Assembly (NCBI RefSeq): GCF_006345805.1
Contig: NC_043000.1
Span: forward strand, 4,278,001-4,342,000
Origin: Octopus sinensis
Taxonomy: Eukaryota
DNA: 64,000 nucleotides
Direction: 5' to 3'
The notes beneath the pieces were generated by a model that was given only the letters and a program-made list of their open reading frames with translations, was not told the DNA's origin and did no database searches. Positions 24,569-38,299 of this stretch are shown piece by piece (the stretch's first letter is position 1; each line of letters starts with the position of its first letter). Made by a program: the position numbers and the translations under genes.

Positions 24569-27240
24569 AGATTTGAAGAGTGCCTTAGCAAAGTCAAGTC
24601 CTTCCTTCGGAAGTACAACTCCCGAAACATACTAGTGATGGGTGATTTTAACCTCCCTCATGTGAACTGGTCCACGAATACTCTGAAGTTAGGCAAATGC
24701 TCTACATCAGATAGAGCAGCAGGAGAACTGCTCTTTAATCTAATGGATGAATACTTCCTGATTCAGCTAGTGCTCGAACCAACGAGACAGAATAAAACGA
24801 TCTTGGATCTGGTATTGACCAATCACTCTAGCTTCGTTCACAGTATTTCAGTTGAAAAAACACTCCTCTCAGACCACGACATGGTACTCTGCAATCTTAA
24901 TTCCCGACATATAAAAACCAAACCAGCCAATCCCACTCCATGGCACCCATTTGACAACATAAACTTCCACAAAGCGGACTGGGGAACAATCAGAAAGGAT
25001 CTGTCTTCCATCGACTGGTCTTTTACTCTCAATTCCCCTCATATTGAGACCGTGTGGCAGCACTTTGAAAACATTGTCACCTATACATGCTTTAAACACG
25101 CTCCCAAGAAATCTACTAACACAAACAGAAACCGGCTCCCTAAAAAGAAAAAAACACTCATCAGGCGCATCAAAAGACTCAACAAAAAAATCAACCAATT
25201 AAAATATTCCCACATACAACATCCACATTCAACAACAATGAAAAGACTAGAGCTGGAAAAACTTCATCTGCAGACTAACATGAAAACCTCCATTGAAAAT
25301 CAAAGAGCTGTGGAGGAACAATGGGTAATCAAAAACATCAAACAGAACCCAAAAGTGTTCTATTCTTATGCAAATAAGCATAGAACCACTGTCTCATCCA
25401 TTGGGCCATTGATTGATGATAATGGCATTCCCCAACACGATGCTAAAGAAATGGCAGAAATACTGCAGAAAGAATACTGCTCTGTCTTTAGTGTTCCCAC
25501 TGATATTGACGTAAGAGAAGCGAACGAAGTTGACTCCCAACATAAAATCTCAGACATAACCTTCACTGCCACAGACATCATAGCAGCAATAAATGAAGTC
25601 AAATACTACTCTACTGTAGGCCCTGATAGATTCCCCGCTAGTCTCCTGAAGGAATGTAGTCACCAACTTGCAGTCCCTCTGACCAACCTCTGGAGAAATT
25701 CGTTAGACGCAGGTTATATACCGAAACAGTTTCTATCCCAGTCAGTCATCCCGATTTTCAAACAGGGAAACAGATCCCTCGCACTCAACTATCGCCCAAT
25801 CTCACTCACCTCCCACATCATCAAAGTGTTTGAAAGAGTGTTAAGATCAAGGATAGCTGACTTCCTGGAGACCCACAAACTCCTAAATGCAAATCAGCAT
25901 GGCTTTTGCTGTGGCAGGGACTGTCTAACACAGCTCTTACACCACATTGAAGATGTACTCAAAGCCTTGGGAACAGGTTCGAACTCTGATGTCCTATATC
26001 TTGACTTCAGTAAAGCGTTCGACAGGGTAGACCATAATATCCTACTCTCAAAATTGGCAAATGTTGGAATCCGTGGAAAAGTTCTACACTGGATTAAGTA
26101 TTTCCTGGCGAATAGAACACAACATGTTGTAGTTGATGGAGTCCACTCAAGCCCAGCAAAAGTCACCAGCGGTGTCCCCCAGGGGACTGTCTTGGGTCCG
26201 CTACTCTTCATAATTTACATAAACAACCTTTCCAGTGTCGTACATTACTGCAAAGTGAAAATATTTGCTGATGACACTAAGCTCCAGCAAATCGTCAATG
26301 AAGAAGCAGACCGAACTCAACTCCAGTCTGATCTATATGCTGTGAGTCAATGGGCAGACAGAAACAAAATGCAACTGAACGAGGGAAAATTTGAGTTGAT
26401 GCATTTTGGAAGAAATTCCTCAATAAAACAGCCATACTCTCTTCCTTCAGGGGAACCACTCACAGCCTCTAACAATATCAGAGACCTGGGTGTAATTGTT
26501 GATGACGATCTCAGTTGGAGTGCACACATCAACAAGAAGGTCGATATAGCTCGTAGGATGAGTTCCTGGATCTTAAGAACTTTCCGGTCCAGAGAACAAA
26601 GTGTCATCATACCACTTTTCTCCTCCTTTGTACGGCCACACCTCAAATACTGCTGCCCACTGTGGTCTCCCCATACAAGACAAAACATCTCGAGGATTGA
26701 ATCACCCCAGAGGGCACTCACTAAACGAATTGAAGGCATGGATACTCTCGATTATTGGGATCGCCTTAAAGCCTTGAAACTCTACTCTCTCCAGCGTCAC
26801 CGTGAGCGGTACATCATTTGTACGATGTGGAGAATATACTGCCAACTTTGCCCAAACAACCTGAACATTAGCTTCAAGGTTCATCCAAGACTGGGACCAC
26901 GGGCCATACGTCCCCTGCCCAATTCAAGATCACAGCATACATGTACACTGCAACATAATTTCTTTTCCTCAACAGGCCCTGCCCTATTTAACATTGTCCC
27001 GAAAGAGATCAAAGAGGAAAAGGATCCCATCAACTTTAAACGGAGTCTGGATAGATTCCTTCAAGGAATACCACCTATAATTGGATACAACTCACCCAAC
27101 AAAAACTCACTACTTGAATGGAACATAAACAAAACTTGACTTAAACAGGATTCAAATAATCCTATCAGGTGGTGCTATTAAGTTAGACATGGCCTGGACC
27201 AATCTTTGGTCGAAACATATCTAAGTTTATCTAAGTTTAT
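24569..27240 (+). mobile_element. 5'-truncated CR1/L2-group LINE: APE C-terminal part plus complete RT, uninterrupted ORF to 27139
   Basis: APE motifs GDFN, LDLVLTN, SDHDMV; RT motifs NYRPISLTS, NQHGF, YLDFSKAFD, GVPQGTVLGPLLF, FADD, IRDLGV. Confidence 0.92.
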
Positions 27241-27499
27241 ATATATATATATAAATTAAATTAGAGATAAAACCACTATTAAAATCACCGCCTATTACTT
27301 GTCAAGCTTCAAGCATATAGTTCCCCCACCACCGCTCGACAACCGATATTGGTGTGCTTACCTGCTCATAAACTGGTGGTTCGGCGAAAGATACCGATAA
27401 AATAAGTACTTGGCTTTAAAAATAAGTATAATGTGGTGCTCCAGAATGAGCGCAGTCTAATGACTGAATCAAGTAAAATATAATCTAGAGAAGATATTA

Positions 27500-28583
27500 C
27501 ATCTGGATATTGTACGATGGGTTGGTGCCTTCCTCTCAGATCGCTCCTTCCAAGTCCAAGTTAATGGTTCGCAGTCCGACGTCTCCAGTGCGAGCAGTGG
27601 CATGCCTCAAGGTTCAGTGCTTGGGCCCTTGTTGTTCTTAGTCTTCATAAATGACTTGCCCGACGACCTCACGCAACACACCCTTCTACTTGCCGACGAT
27701 ATCAAACTGGTCGCTCCTCGCGGTAATATAGAGGATCTTCGTCGATGCCTCCACCAAATTTGGAAGTGGTCTAACGATTGGGACCTGTGTCTGAACGTGT
27801 CAAAGTGCTGTCATCTGCCTGTCGGCTCTACTCCTGCAACTCAACTTGATTTCGAGCCGGGTTGTCTGCTGCTGGAGAGGACCAATCAGGTAAAGGACCT
27901 GGGTATCTTGGTGGATTCCTCCTTTTCGCCTTCGGCCCAGTGCGTCCATGCTGCCAACAAAGCACGCGGAATTCTGTTCTTGATTCGATGGTCATTCGGA
28001 ATGCTCACAGCAGCCATATTCCTACCATTCTATGTCACGCTGGTGAGACCCATATTGGAGTATGGGATTCAAGCCTCTTCTCCTTATCTCCTCAAAGACA
28101 TACAGCATCTCGAAAGAGTCCAGAAGCTGGCTACCCACATGGTTCATGGTCTCAAAAATTTGTCCTACGAAGAAAGGCTGAGGACGCTCGACCTTTATTC
28201 TCTTGAAAAACGCCGCCACCGTGGTGATCTCATTCTCGCCCACAACATCATAAGCGGAAAGTGTAACCTCTCGAAAGAGCTGTTCTTCACTCCTGCTCCA
28301 GAGCGTCAGCTGCGATGTCATTCTAAAAAGCTCTACCTGCGACGATTTCATCTCAATCGAAGGAGAGGAGCTTTCTCCGTCCGGGTTGCGGATCCGTGGA
28401 ACAAGCTGCCAGACGAGATGGTGAAGATGCCAACGACCGCTTTGTTCAAAGCCTCCCTGGACCTCAAGTGGCCTGAACTCTTTACATGAACACCACCCTG
28501 TACTGAACTCCATGTCCCCCTACATGGCCTTGCTATTTGCTTTTGAGCCAAATTAACTAACTAACTAACTAACTAACTAACTA
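27500..28583 (+). mobile_element. 5'-truncated CR1-group LINE with (TAAC)n tail
   Basis: PQGSVLGPLLF, LADD, VKDLGILVD, YVTLVRPILEY, LERVQKLAT, RHRGDLI; tandem TAAC tail. Confidence 0.9.
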
Positions 28584-28752
28584 GGCAAATCAAACAGTGG
28601 AAAACATAAACCAAAACATAAAAATAAATATAATTAATATAATATACAAAATATATAAAATATAAAATTTAAAATTGAATTATTTAAATTTAAAATTTTT
28701 AATTTATATTTATAAATTTTGATATTTTTAATATTTTTTATATATATATATA

Positions 28753-31148
28753 CTAGCAGAAACACCCATCATTGACTGAGTTGGAAAAAGTTGCCAAAAT
28801 TGTACTATGAATATTGAAAGTTATTCATTTAGATTGTATTGAACATATATAAGAAATGGTTGTTAACTTTCATGCAGATAATAGAGCTGTTTTCTTCTGG
28901 CCAATATTATCATGGGTGCATATAAATTTCTGATCTATGATCTATAGTATTTTAGTCTGTAAATGAAGGAAATATCACACAAACTTTGGCTTATATCTAG
29001 TACAAGATAAGTAAATAAAAGTTCAGGGAAGGCTAAAAGCATATGTACTATGGTTTATTGAACTTAAGTATTACAACAAACAAAAATACAAATAGCTTTT
29101 CTTGGACAAATATAGTGTGACATTGACAATATCAGTTCAAAGTTATCTATCATTCTGCAAATTTTAGTTTGTTGATGCCATGGTAAAAACTTCCTTATAG
29201 ACAATGTTTCAGATTTTATCAGTAGGGGCAAAAATGGAAAGATTGTTCTTGCTCCCCCACTCTGGATGTCCCAACACATAATTGACTGTGTGAGAAACAG
29301 TACTCTTCTAATAGCAAACCATCAACTTTCAAAGTCTGACCTTGGGACTTATTAATGGACATTGCAAAAGACAGAGGTATTGGAAATTGAAGCCATTTGA
29401 ACTCGAAGGGTATATTGGAGGGTATTAAAAGTAAGTAAGGATTAAAACATCTTCACCTTTTCCACAGCCAGGAATTCTTGTGGCCTGCATGACATGTCAC
29501 ATTAACTTCTTGACAGCAAGTCTTGTGCCACTGCACAGCTTTGGCTGAGAAAGGTTGCACAGAAGCATGATTGGAGCACCTATTTTCAATGGAAGGCAAT
29601 GAGGAGGAGTTCCTGGTGGCTGCAGTGAGTTTAGGGACTCAACCAGGTAATTGACTATTTCTAATTCATCCACAACAGAGACTATAAATTTGTAAGTATG
29701 TTCGTTTCCTGGTAAAAGTTTCTCAAGCGTTTCATTTAAATTATTCCCAATAACATTCTTTGGTGCTAAGATTGCTCTTACACACAGTCAAGCTGTATTT
29801 GTGTAATACTTCGAGGAAAAACTTGTTCAATAAGTTCCTCAACCAAGCTGAACAAGGTGCAGATTTTTTATGGATTCAAGTCACCTTCATGATAGATATC
29901 TAGCCTTCCTTCTCCAAGTTGCAAAATAATATGGGCAAATTGTTCCGACAGATGATCCCCATACAAATGTGCCCACATATTTGGAGAAAGCTTTTACACT
30001 TTGATATATTTTCATAAAATAGAAGATTTCAAGCATGCTTTCAATTCATTCACCTTTGTTCCTCTGGGAATCACTGACAAAGTTTATTTGAAATCACCTG
30101 AAAGTACTACTGTCACACCTCGCAGCAAACAATTGGAATTGTGCAAATCCTGCGGCATTCTGTTAGCAGCTTCTACTGATTTCTTATGGGACATTGTAGC
30201 TTTGTCCCATATGACCAAAGGACATTTCTTGAAAACTTGAGCTAAAGGACTTTAACTAATATTGCAGACAGGTTCGTCATTTGAAGTTAGATTGAATGGC
30301 AGCTTGAATGCTGCATGAGCTGTTCGACCACCAGGGAATAAAGTTGCAGCAATTCCAATTTGCTACAGCTAAGGCTATTTCCTTTTTCTGTTGAACTTTG
30401 GTCAGCACTAAATTTATAACAAAAGTTTTTCCAGTTCCTACTGGTGCATCTAGAAAAAATAATCCTCCTCGTTTATGTGTCATTTGGTCAATGATTGTTG
30501 TTGTATATGCAAGTTGTAGGTCTGGCAAAAGCTTCAGGATATTTTCTTCAAGGAATCTTGGTAATGGAATCAATATCATATGAAGTTTCTTGCAAAACTT
30601 CTATTTTTATATACACCCCATTTCAGGTAAGTGACAATTTCTGAGCTCCTCCTTTCCCATTGAGACAATGCCATTTTCAACATCAACCAATGCAGAATGA
30701 TATCTGTCATCGTTGAATGCTATTTCCTTCTCAGGGGATCTTAATTGGGATAGATATTTGTAGTTTTCTGATAAATCATTCTTATATTTGTGCCACAACA
30801 CAAACGGATTACTTACTTCACAATTCAGGAAAATTTCAAAAAGACCTCTCAAAGAAATAGGTGTGTATGACACTGAAGCCTCTGCCATTGTTCTGTTCCA
30901 CTGATTGTCACCTTCTAACAAATTTAAGGCTAAACAGGCTTCTGTATTAGTACGAACAGCTTGACCATCAATCGTTCTTAGGAAGGAGAAGGAAGTCGGT
31001 CCTCTTAATTCATGAAGAAGCAGCCTCAAAAAGAAACATTCATAGTGACTCACATGCACAGAGTAAACTCTTCCGATTGTCAAGTCAAATAATTTTATAC
31101 TTGGATGACCCTCAATGTCAGCTCCACTTTTTCTTATATCAATATAGA
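28753..31148 (-). mobile_element. Internally deleted, decayed Helitron with PIF1-helicase remnant
   Basis: IGRVYSV...ECFFLRLLL...GPTSF...D.QW and FFLDAPVGTGKTF (Walker A) with frameshifts; A|TCTATAT 5' end at 31148 and CTAG|T at 28753. Confidence 0.8.
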
Positions 31149-32007
31149 TAATATAAATAACAGAGGTTATTACAGTTATACACACACACACATATTATTA
31201 TGTGTGTCATTATATTGCGCATATGGCAGAAGAATGCCCTACTGAAGAATGCTCCACTGAATTTGTTTCTTCTAATGTTTAGACAAAATGGGTATTCTCA
31301 AATGAAAAGTTGTACAAGTGCACATAGGTGCAGGTGTGGCTCTGCAGTAAGAAGCTTGCTTGCCAACCACATGGTTCTGGGTTCATTCCTGCTGCATGGC
31401 ACCTTGGGCAAGTGTTTTCTACTTTAGCCTCGAGCCAACCAAAGCCTTGTGAGTGGATTTGGTAGACAGAAACTGACAACTTTCTACTGATTCCAAGCCA
31501 GGCAATACATCCTCATGGCCAGACATATTCTGGCAGAATATTGGTAACAAATGACATTGCTTTTATAACAGTAACAAAAATTGTACAACCATCATTCATT
31601 GCCAAGAAAAGGAGACAAAACACACACACATGTGTACATGTGTGTGTGTATGTATACACACATATGATATATATATATATATATATATATACAAATTGAG
31701 ATAGGGGTTGTAAATGACACTTTAGAAATTATTATGAAGTAATATAATGTACTATTGACTACGTATATTTGCATCTAGGTACTAATTTGTGTATGTTTAT
31801 TATCACAATATTAAGTCGAAAAACTGAGACATTGAATGTGGAACACATATATATGTTTACTAATTTATATTATTTATTTATATCATTATGTAAATGTATA
31901 TTTTTATATGTATATGAGTGTGAGTATATGCACTCATATGTATATGTATATGTTGTATTGTGGGTAGGCACCCACACCCATGTGGGTATATATGTAGACT
32001 GAGTTAT

Positions 32008-32147
32008 ATTACATAATCTCCGAAGAGGCCTTATGATATTTTTGTAAATGTCTCATTTATATTTATATATTGACCAACCATAAAAGGCTAATATTGGTAA
32101 AATGAGACATACTTATCTACATGGCCAAAACAGCTGTAAGATGTAAT
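32008..32147 (+). ncRNA. Degenerate type I hammerhead motif with long stem II
   Basis: ATCT-CCGAAGA-GGCC...GGCC-AAAAC-AGCT-GTA-AGAT; two core substitutions. Confidence 0.5.
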
Positions 32148-32161
32148 CTATACTTGTATTT

Positions 32162-32498
32162 ATCATCATCATCATCATCATCGTTTAGCGTCCGCTTTCC
32201 ATGCTAGCATGGGTTGGACGGGTCAACTGGGGTCTGTGAAGCTGGAAGGCTTCGTCAGGCCCAGTCAGATCTGGCAGTGTTTCTACAGCTGGATGCCCTT
32301 CCTAACGCCAACCACTCCGCGAGTGTAGTGGGTGTTTTTTACGTGCCACCCGCAAAGGTGCCAGACAGAGCTGGCGAACGGCCACGAACGGATGGTGCTT
32401 TTACGTGTCACCGGCACGGGGCCAGGCGATGCTGGCAACGGACACGAACGGATGGTGCTTTTACGTGCCACCGACACGGGGCCAGACAGAGCTGGCAA
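32162..32498 (-). mobile_element. Family B retroposon
   Basis: (CAT)n then GGATGCCCTTCCTAACGCCAACC, followed by ~60-bp tandem modules. Confidence 0.75.
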
Positions 32499-32706
32499 TT
32501 CTCTTTTATATATATTCTACTTATTATACAACATTACTCTTTTATGTACACTTTTTTATGTACATTCCTTCATGTACACTGATTTCTTCTGCTTTTTTAT
32601 GTTTAACCCTACAGTCTCTTATGTGGTGGTTTAATAAAGTATGTGATTGAGTATTATCTGGTAATTGATATTTGATTTAGATGTATTTCTCCATTTTCTT
32701 ATCTTG

Positions 32707-32741
<35 letters not shown>

Positions 32742-32742
<1 letters not shown>

Positions 32743-33157
32743 CTCTTACTCTCTTTACTCTTTTACTTGATTCAGTCGTTTGACTGCAGCCATGCTGGAG
32801 CACCGCCTTTAGTCGAGCAAATCGACCCTGAGACTTATTCTTTGTAAGCCCAGTACTTATTCTATCGGTCTCTTTTGCCAAACCGCTAAGTGACGGGTGA
32901 GGTAAACACACCAGCATCGGTTGTCAAGCAATGCTAGAGGGACAAACACAGACACACAAACAAACACACATACATATATATATATACATATATACGACAG
33001 GTTTCTTTCAGTTTCCGTCTACCAAATCCACTCACAAGGCATTGGTCAGCCCGGGGCTATAGTAGAAGACATTTGCCCAAGATGCCACGCAGTGGGACTG
33101 AACCCAGAACCATGTGGCTGGTTAGCAAGCTACTTACCACACAGCCATTCCTGCGCC
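32742..33157 (-). mobile_element. SINE family A, full length; partial inverted copy at 33325-33548 (+)
   Basis: Matches 15000-15423. Confidence 0.85.
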
Positions 33158-33791
33158 ATATATGTATATGGTTAGTCCACATTGCTCCCTAAAGAGCATA
33201 GGGTCAGTTTCCCAGTTTCTCTGATGGAATGATATGTCCATTGCAAGATTACTCGTTTTCATCAGCTGAGATGACTGGAGTAGCTTAAAATGAAATGTCT
33301 TGCTCAAGAAACCAATGTATTGCCTGGGTTCAGTCCCACTGCATGGCATTTTGAGCAAATGTCTTCTGCTATAGCCCCGGGCCGACCAATGCCTTGTGAG
33401 TGGATTTGGTAGACGGAAACTGAAAGAAGCCTGTCGTATATATGTATATATATATATGTATGTGTGTTTGTTTGTGTGTCTGTGTTTGTCCCTCTAGCAT
33501 TGCTTGACAACCGATGGTGGTGTGTTTACGTCCCCATCACTTAGCGGTTGATGATGATGATGATGGATTGTTAAAGCTACATTCATTTGTGAAGAGGATT
33601 GGCCTGCAAGAGTCCTGCAATCAAGCCCCGTTAAAAGCACTCAGCACATGCTGTAAAGTTTTGGGTATTAGGAAGGGCATCAAACCAGCAAAACCATGCT
33701 AAATCAGACAGGAGCCTAGTGTAGCTCTCTGGCTTATCAGTTCCAGTCAAAGCATCCAACCCATACCAGCATTGAAAATGAATGTTGAAGA

Positions 33792-33828
<37 letters not shown>

Positions 33829-36565
33829 CGACGACAATGTTGATGGTGGTGCTGGTTTTGGTGGTGGTGGTGGTGGTGGTGGTGGTGATGGTGATGATGG
33901 TAATGATGATGGCAATGATGATGACAGTGATGATGATAACAGTGATGATGATGATGATGATGATGATGGTGATGATGGTGACAATGACAATGTTGATGAT
34001 GATGATAATAATGATGATGATGATGATGATGATGATGACAACAATGATTTATGATATATATATATATATATATATCCCGTCTATCTGCGACGATACTTCC
34101 GTCGTAACTGCTATCCTGTCCTTTCTCGCCCGCCTTGCAAGGCTTCTGGTTGACAAATTTTCCCTCTCTGTCTTCCACGATAATCCAGCGTTTACAATAC
34201 TTTTTCGTCTGGCGTTAACAGCCCTCTTATCTTGTTCTCCTGTCTTGTCTCTCATGTTATATATTTATTTTTCCACGTTTATATATATATTTTTACTGTT
34301 TATATGTTTGTACTGTCGTTACCGTCTTGCTTTTTTTTACCCCTCTGCGAAAAGATCTCAGAATTTTAATTGATTGCTTTTCGGGGGAAGGAATTTTTCG
34401 AGTATACGTCCGCTTTTATCCTTCGAAACGTTTAGTAGATGAAATCTTAGCGACTGAAGAAGGGGATTTTCGTTGTGCTTATTGTCCTGTATCTCTCCCT
34501 TTTTTTGCTTGTCTTGTTCCTGGTTTGAGTCTATGTGTTTCGTCTCTCTATGTGTTCGACGTCTTTTCGGTGTCCTGTACACATATATGCGTGTATATGT
34601 ACATGTAGGGTAGGTACGTACAATATGTTTATATATATGCATATATTCTATTTTATTAACATATGTATGTATGTATGTATGTATGTATGAGTATGTATGT
34701 ATGCATGCATGCATGTATGTATGTATGGATGGATGGATGTATGTATGTATGCATGTATAAAGACATTCATTGAGATGTCAGGAAAATATCAAAACATTAA
34801 AGACCATAATTAAACAAGTAAAGAAGAGAAAGAAAGAAATGGAAAAGATGAAGTAAAAGAATAAAGAGTGAGACAAGGTGAGTGGTGGCGGAGAGGTATC
34901 ATTGACTTTTAACACTCTCAGAAAGTATTTATTCATAACTTATAATTTAACTGTTTGCAACAGTCATCTTGCAATCTGATGACACTAGGAGAGAAGGACA
35001 AGTAGTTAGAGTAACAGAACAAAATAATATCAAGTGATAAATGCAAAAGAAAAAAATAATCCAAGAAAATGTAAAAAAAAAATAATGATAGAAAGAAAGG
35101 AAAATAATGTAATAACAAATAGAAACAGTTTGTATGTAAGTGTGTGAGAAATAAATCAATGAGAGAAGCATCACTTTGAAATTCTATTGTGGAAATGTTA
35201 ATTTCTAATAACATAGTAAATATTTTGCTATATGAAAACAAGTACAGATATGGAATTTAGGCAGTCATTATTTTCAGATAGTATTAATAGTTTTTTCTGT
35301 TAAACAAAATTGACAACTGATCATAGTTTTGTAATTACCAAATCTATAACTAGGTGCGCAACAAAAAATGGAATAAGATGTTTTTTGAAAGTGTTGTTAC
35401 AAGTTTCGCTCATTCTCCAAACATATCCAGATAGACCTGTCAAAAGTCCCTTGTCTAGGTTAACAAACATGTGTCTGTATATGTAACATTTCATCATGAA
35501 TCCATTTATAATCATTTCAATCATTGATTGAAAGCCATTCAATTCCTCTTTGGCTAAAGAACTTACAAGACAATTTATGTTGAGCAGATAGTTATAAGAG
35601 TTATCACATTAATGCCAGCCATTCATTAAATAATGGTAATTCGGCCACACGAATATGCTTGTAACTGTAGAAACACTAATAACTGCCCACTGAACAAATA
35701 CTGTATTAAAAGTTCATGATATTTTTTCTTCTTCTATTTCTAACTCTCTCATATTTCTTCCTCTTCCCTTTCTTATCTCAATACTTTTCTTTCTTTTATC
35801 CACTTTAATACTTGATTAACTTTTATCTATGTCTCTAGCCTCTCACAGCCTAATCTCATTGCAGTATTAATTATTTCCTTTTACTTTTCAACGTTCAACC
35901 AAACAACTTTTTGTTGTTGTTGAATATTCACATTACTGATTTCTTGTTTACTTCTTTAAATTATATCTGTAGATCAGATATATGAAATTCAGAGTCACAA
36001 AATTTGAATATCTCCTTTAATAAATTTATTCTGACATTCTATTTCTACAGTTAAGTATTTTGTTTTCTCCTTCTCCTTTACATTTCTGCGTATATGTGTA
36101 TAGGTGTGTCTTCAATATATCTCGCATATGGCAATCAAATTTGTAAGCAAGTATGTATGTATGTATGTATGTATGTATGTGTGTGTATGTGTGTGTATAG
36201 ATAGATATAATATTGAAGGGAAACATTAAACAATGATGATGATATATATATATATATGTGTGTATGTGTGTGTGTGTACATATACATAAAATACATATAG
36301 TTATACACATACACATATGCCCATATACATATCATATGTCATGGGTGTGTGGGGATATGTGAGTGTATGTGTTGAAGTTTAATTTTTTTTATTCACAAGC
36401 TTTCATTAGTTCCATATCAGTTCTTTTATGCTTAGTTTTGAACAATAAAACACTGAAGTTCATTAACATTTATAAGCCGTCTGTCTCATCTTCTCAATGA
36501 AGTGTGGATAATAGCAGCGTATTTTATTGCTGCGTTTTTATAGTAGGCAGGAAGTCATAATTATA

Positions 36566-37060
36566 AATCATCATCATCATCGTCATTTAATGTTCATTTT
36601 CCATGCTGGCATCAGTCAGACATCTTGGCAGGAGCTGGCAAACTGGGAGGGCTGCACTAGGCTCCGCTCAATCTGTTTTGGCATTGCTTCTATGCTTGGA
36701 TGCCCTTCCTTATACTAACCACTTTATAGAGTGTACTGGGTGATTTTTACATGGAGCTAGTACATGTGCCTTTTATGAGGTGCCAGCATAGGTGCTTCCC
36801 AAATAGTGCTGGCACAGTGTATTTTATGTGGCACTGTTATGGGTACTTGTTATGTGACACTAGCATGGGTGTCCTTCGTGTGGTGCCAGCACAGATGCTC
36901 TTAATGTAGTGCCAGCATGGGTGCTCTTTACATGGGACCACCATGGGTGCTCTTTACATGGGACCACCATGGGTGCTTTTCATGTGGCAATGGCATGGGT
37001 GCCTTTTACGTGACACTGGCACAAGTGCTTTTTACATGGCACCAACATGGCACCAACATG
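36566..37060 (-). mobile_element. Diverged family B retroposon with degenerate ~28-bp tandem modules
   Basis: GGATGCCCTTCC motif and repeated CATGGGTGCTCTTTACATGGGACCAC. Confidence 0.6.
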
Positions 37061-37307
37061 GAGAATGTCCAATAAACAAACTAGCCATAATGATAAAATC
37101 TTAATCCCCAAACAAACGGTGTTTAATCGCGATAAAGAAATTAGAACAAATTTTTAATAAAAAGATTAAATTTAAAACTAGTGGCATCTCCAAATGTAAC
37201 ATGATTGAAAGAAAAGCTTTTCCCTATACACACACATATATACACATACATACATGCACACATTTACATATACACACATGCATACACAGACTCTGACACA
37301 TACATAT

Positions 37308-37516
37308 ACTTTCTCTTTACTCTTTTTATTTGTTTCAGTCATTTGACTGTGGTCATGCTGGAGCACCGTCTTTAGTCGAGGAAACCAACCCCAGGACTTA
37401 TTCTTTGTAAGCCTAGTACTTATTCTATCGGTCTCTTTTGCCGAACCGCTAAGTTACAGGGGCGTAAACACACCAGGATTGGTTGTCAAGCAATGCTAGG
37501 GGGACAAACACAGACG

Positions 37517-37552
<36 letters not shown>

Positions 37553-37725
37553 CATATATACGACAGGCTTCTTTCAATTTCCGTCTACCAAATCCACTCA
37601 CAAGGCTTTGGTCGGCCCGAGGCTATAGTAGAAGACACTTGCCCAAGATGCCACGCAGTGGGACTGAACCCGGAACCGTGTGGTTCGTAATTAAGCTACT
37701 TACCACACAGCCACTCCTACGCCTA
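37308..37725 (-). mobile_element. SINE family A, full length
   Basis: Matches 15000-15423. Confidence 0.85.
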
Positions 37726-37873
37726 TATGTCATGCCATTTTTTAAAAATCCAGATATAAGGCAGATAACGCAATCTCGATATACAACGTTCACAGCAATA
37801 TCAAGATCTTAGGTGACAAAGCTAATCAATCTTCATAACTAGTTCAGCAAAGTAGCTACGATCTCCACCATAT

Positions 37874-38250
37874 AATTCAGATATCCAGATATTATTGATC
37901 TGTCTTGATACTTCTATGTCTTCCTAATAACCAAAGAGTTCACATATCCAGAGATTATTGATCTGAATTGAAACTGATATCTTCTTTTTAATATCCTTAT
38001 AGTTCAGATATCCATAGATCTGAATTGAAACTGATATCACTTCCTAATAACCTAATAGCTCAGATATCCAGATATTGTCAATCGGAATTAAAACTGATAT
38101 CCTTTCCTAATAAACCACATAATTCAGATATCCAGATAGTGTCGATATGAATTGAAACTGATATTTCTTCTTAATCAGCTTATAGTTAAGATATCCAGGA
38201 AGTGTCTGATGGAATTAAAGTAGATATTTCTTCTAAATAACCTTATAATT
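37874..38250. repeat. ~63-bp minisatellite, about 6 diverged units
   Basis: (T/C)CAGATATCC anchor at ~37874, 37937, 38000, 38057, 38121 and 38184. Confidence 0.8.
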
Positions 38251-38299
38251 TATTTTTACGCCGAACCTCAAGTGTTAACCTCAGTTAACATTCTAAACT

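Noticed and set aside
27170-27225. CTG-GACC-AATCTTT-GGTC-GAAAC in the LINE 3'UTR looks like HHR stem II plus GAAAC
   Set aside because: The CUGAUGA core lacks ATGA in both copies (also 14670-14700) and there is no NUH/stem III; probably an ordinary 3'UTR stem-loop.
34375-34580. HHR-like words (GAAGGA/TCCTTC-GAAACGTT, CTGAAGA, GAAAC on -)
   Set aside because: The elements are not in an order that gives a complete fold; at most a decayed pLTR.
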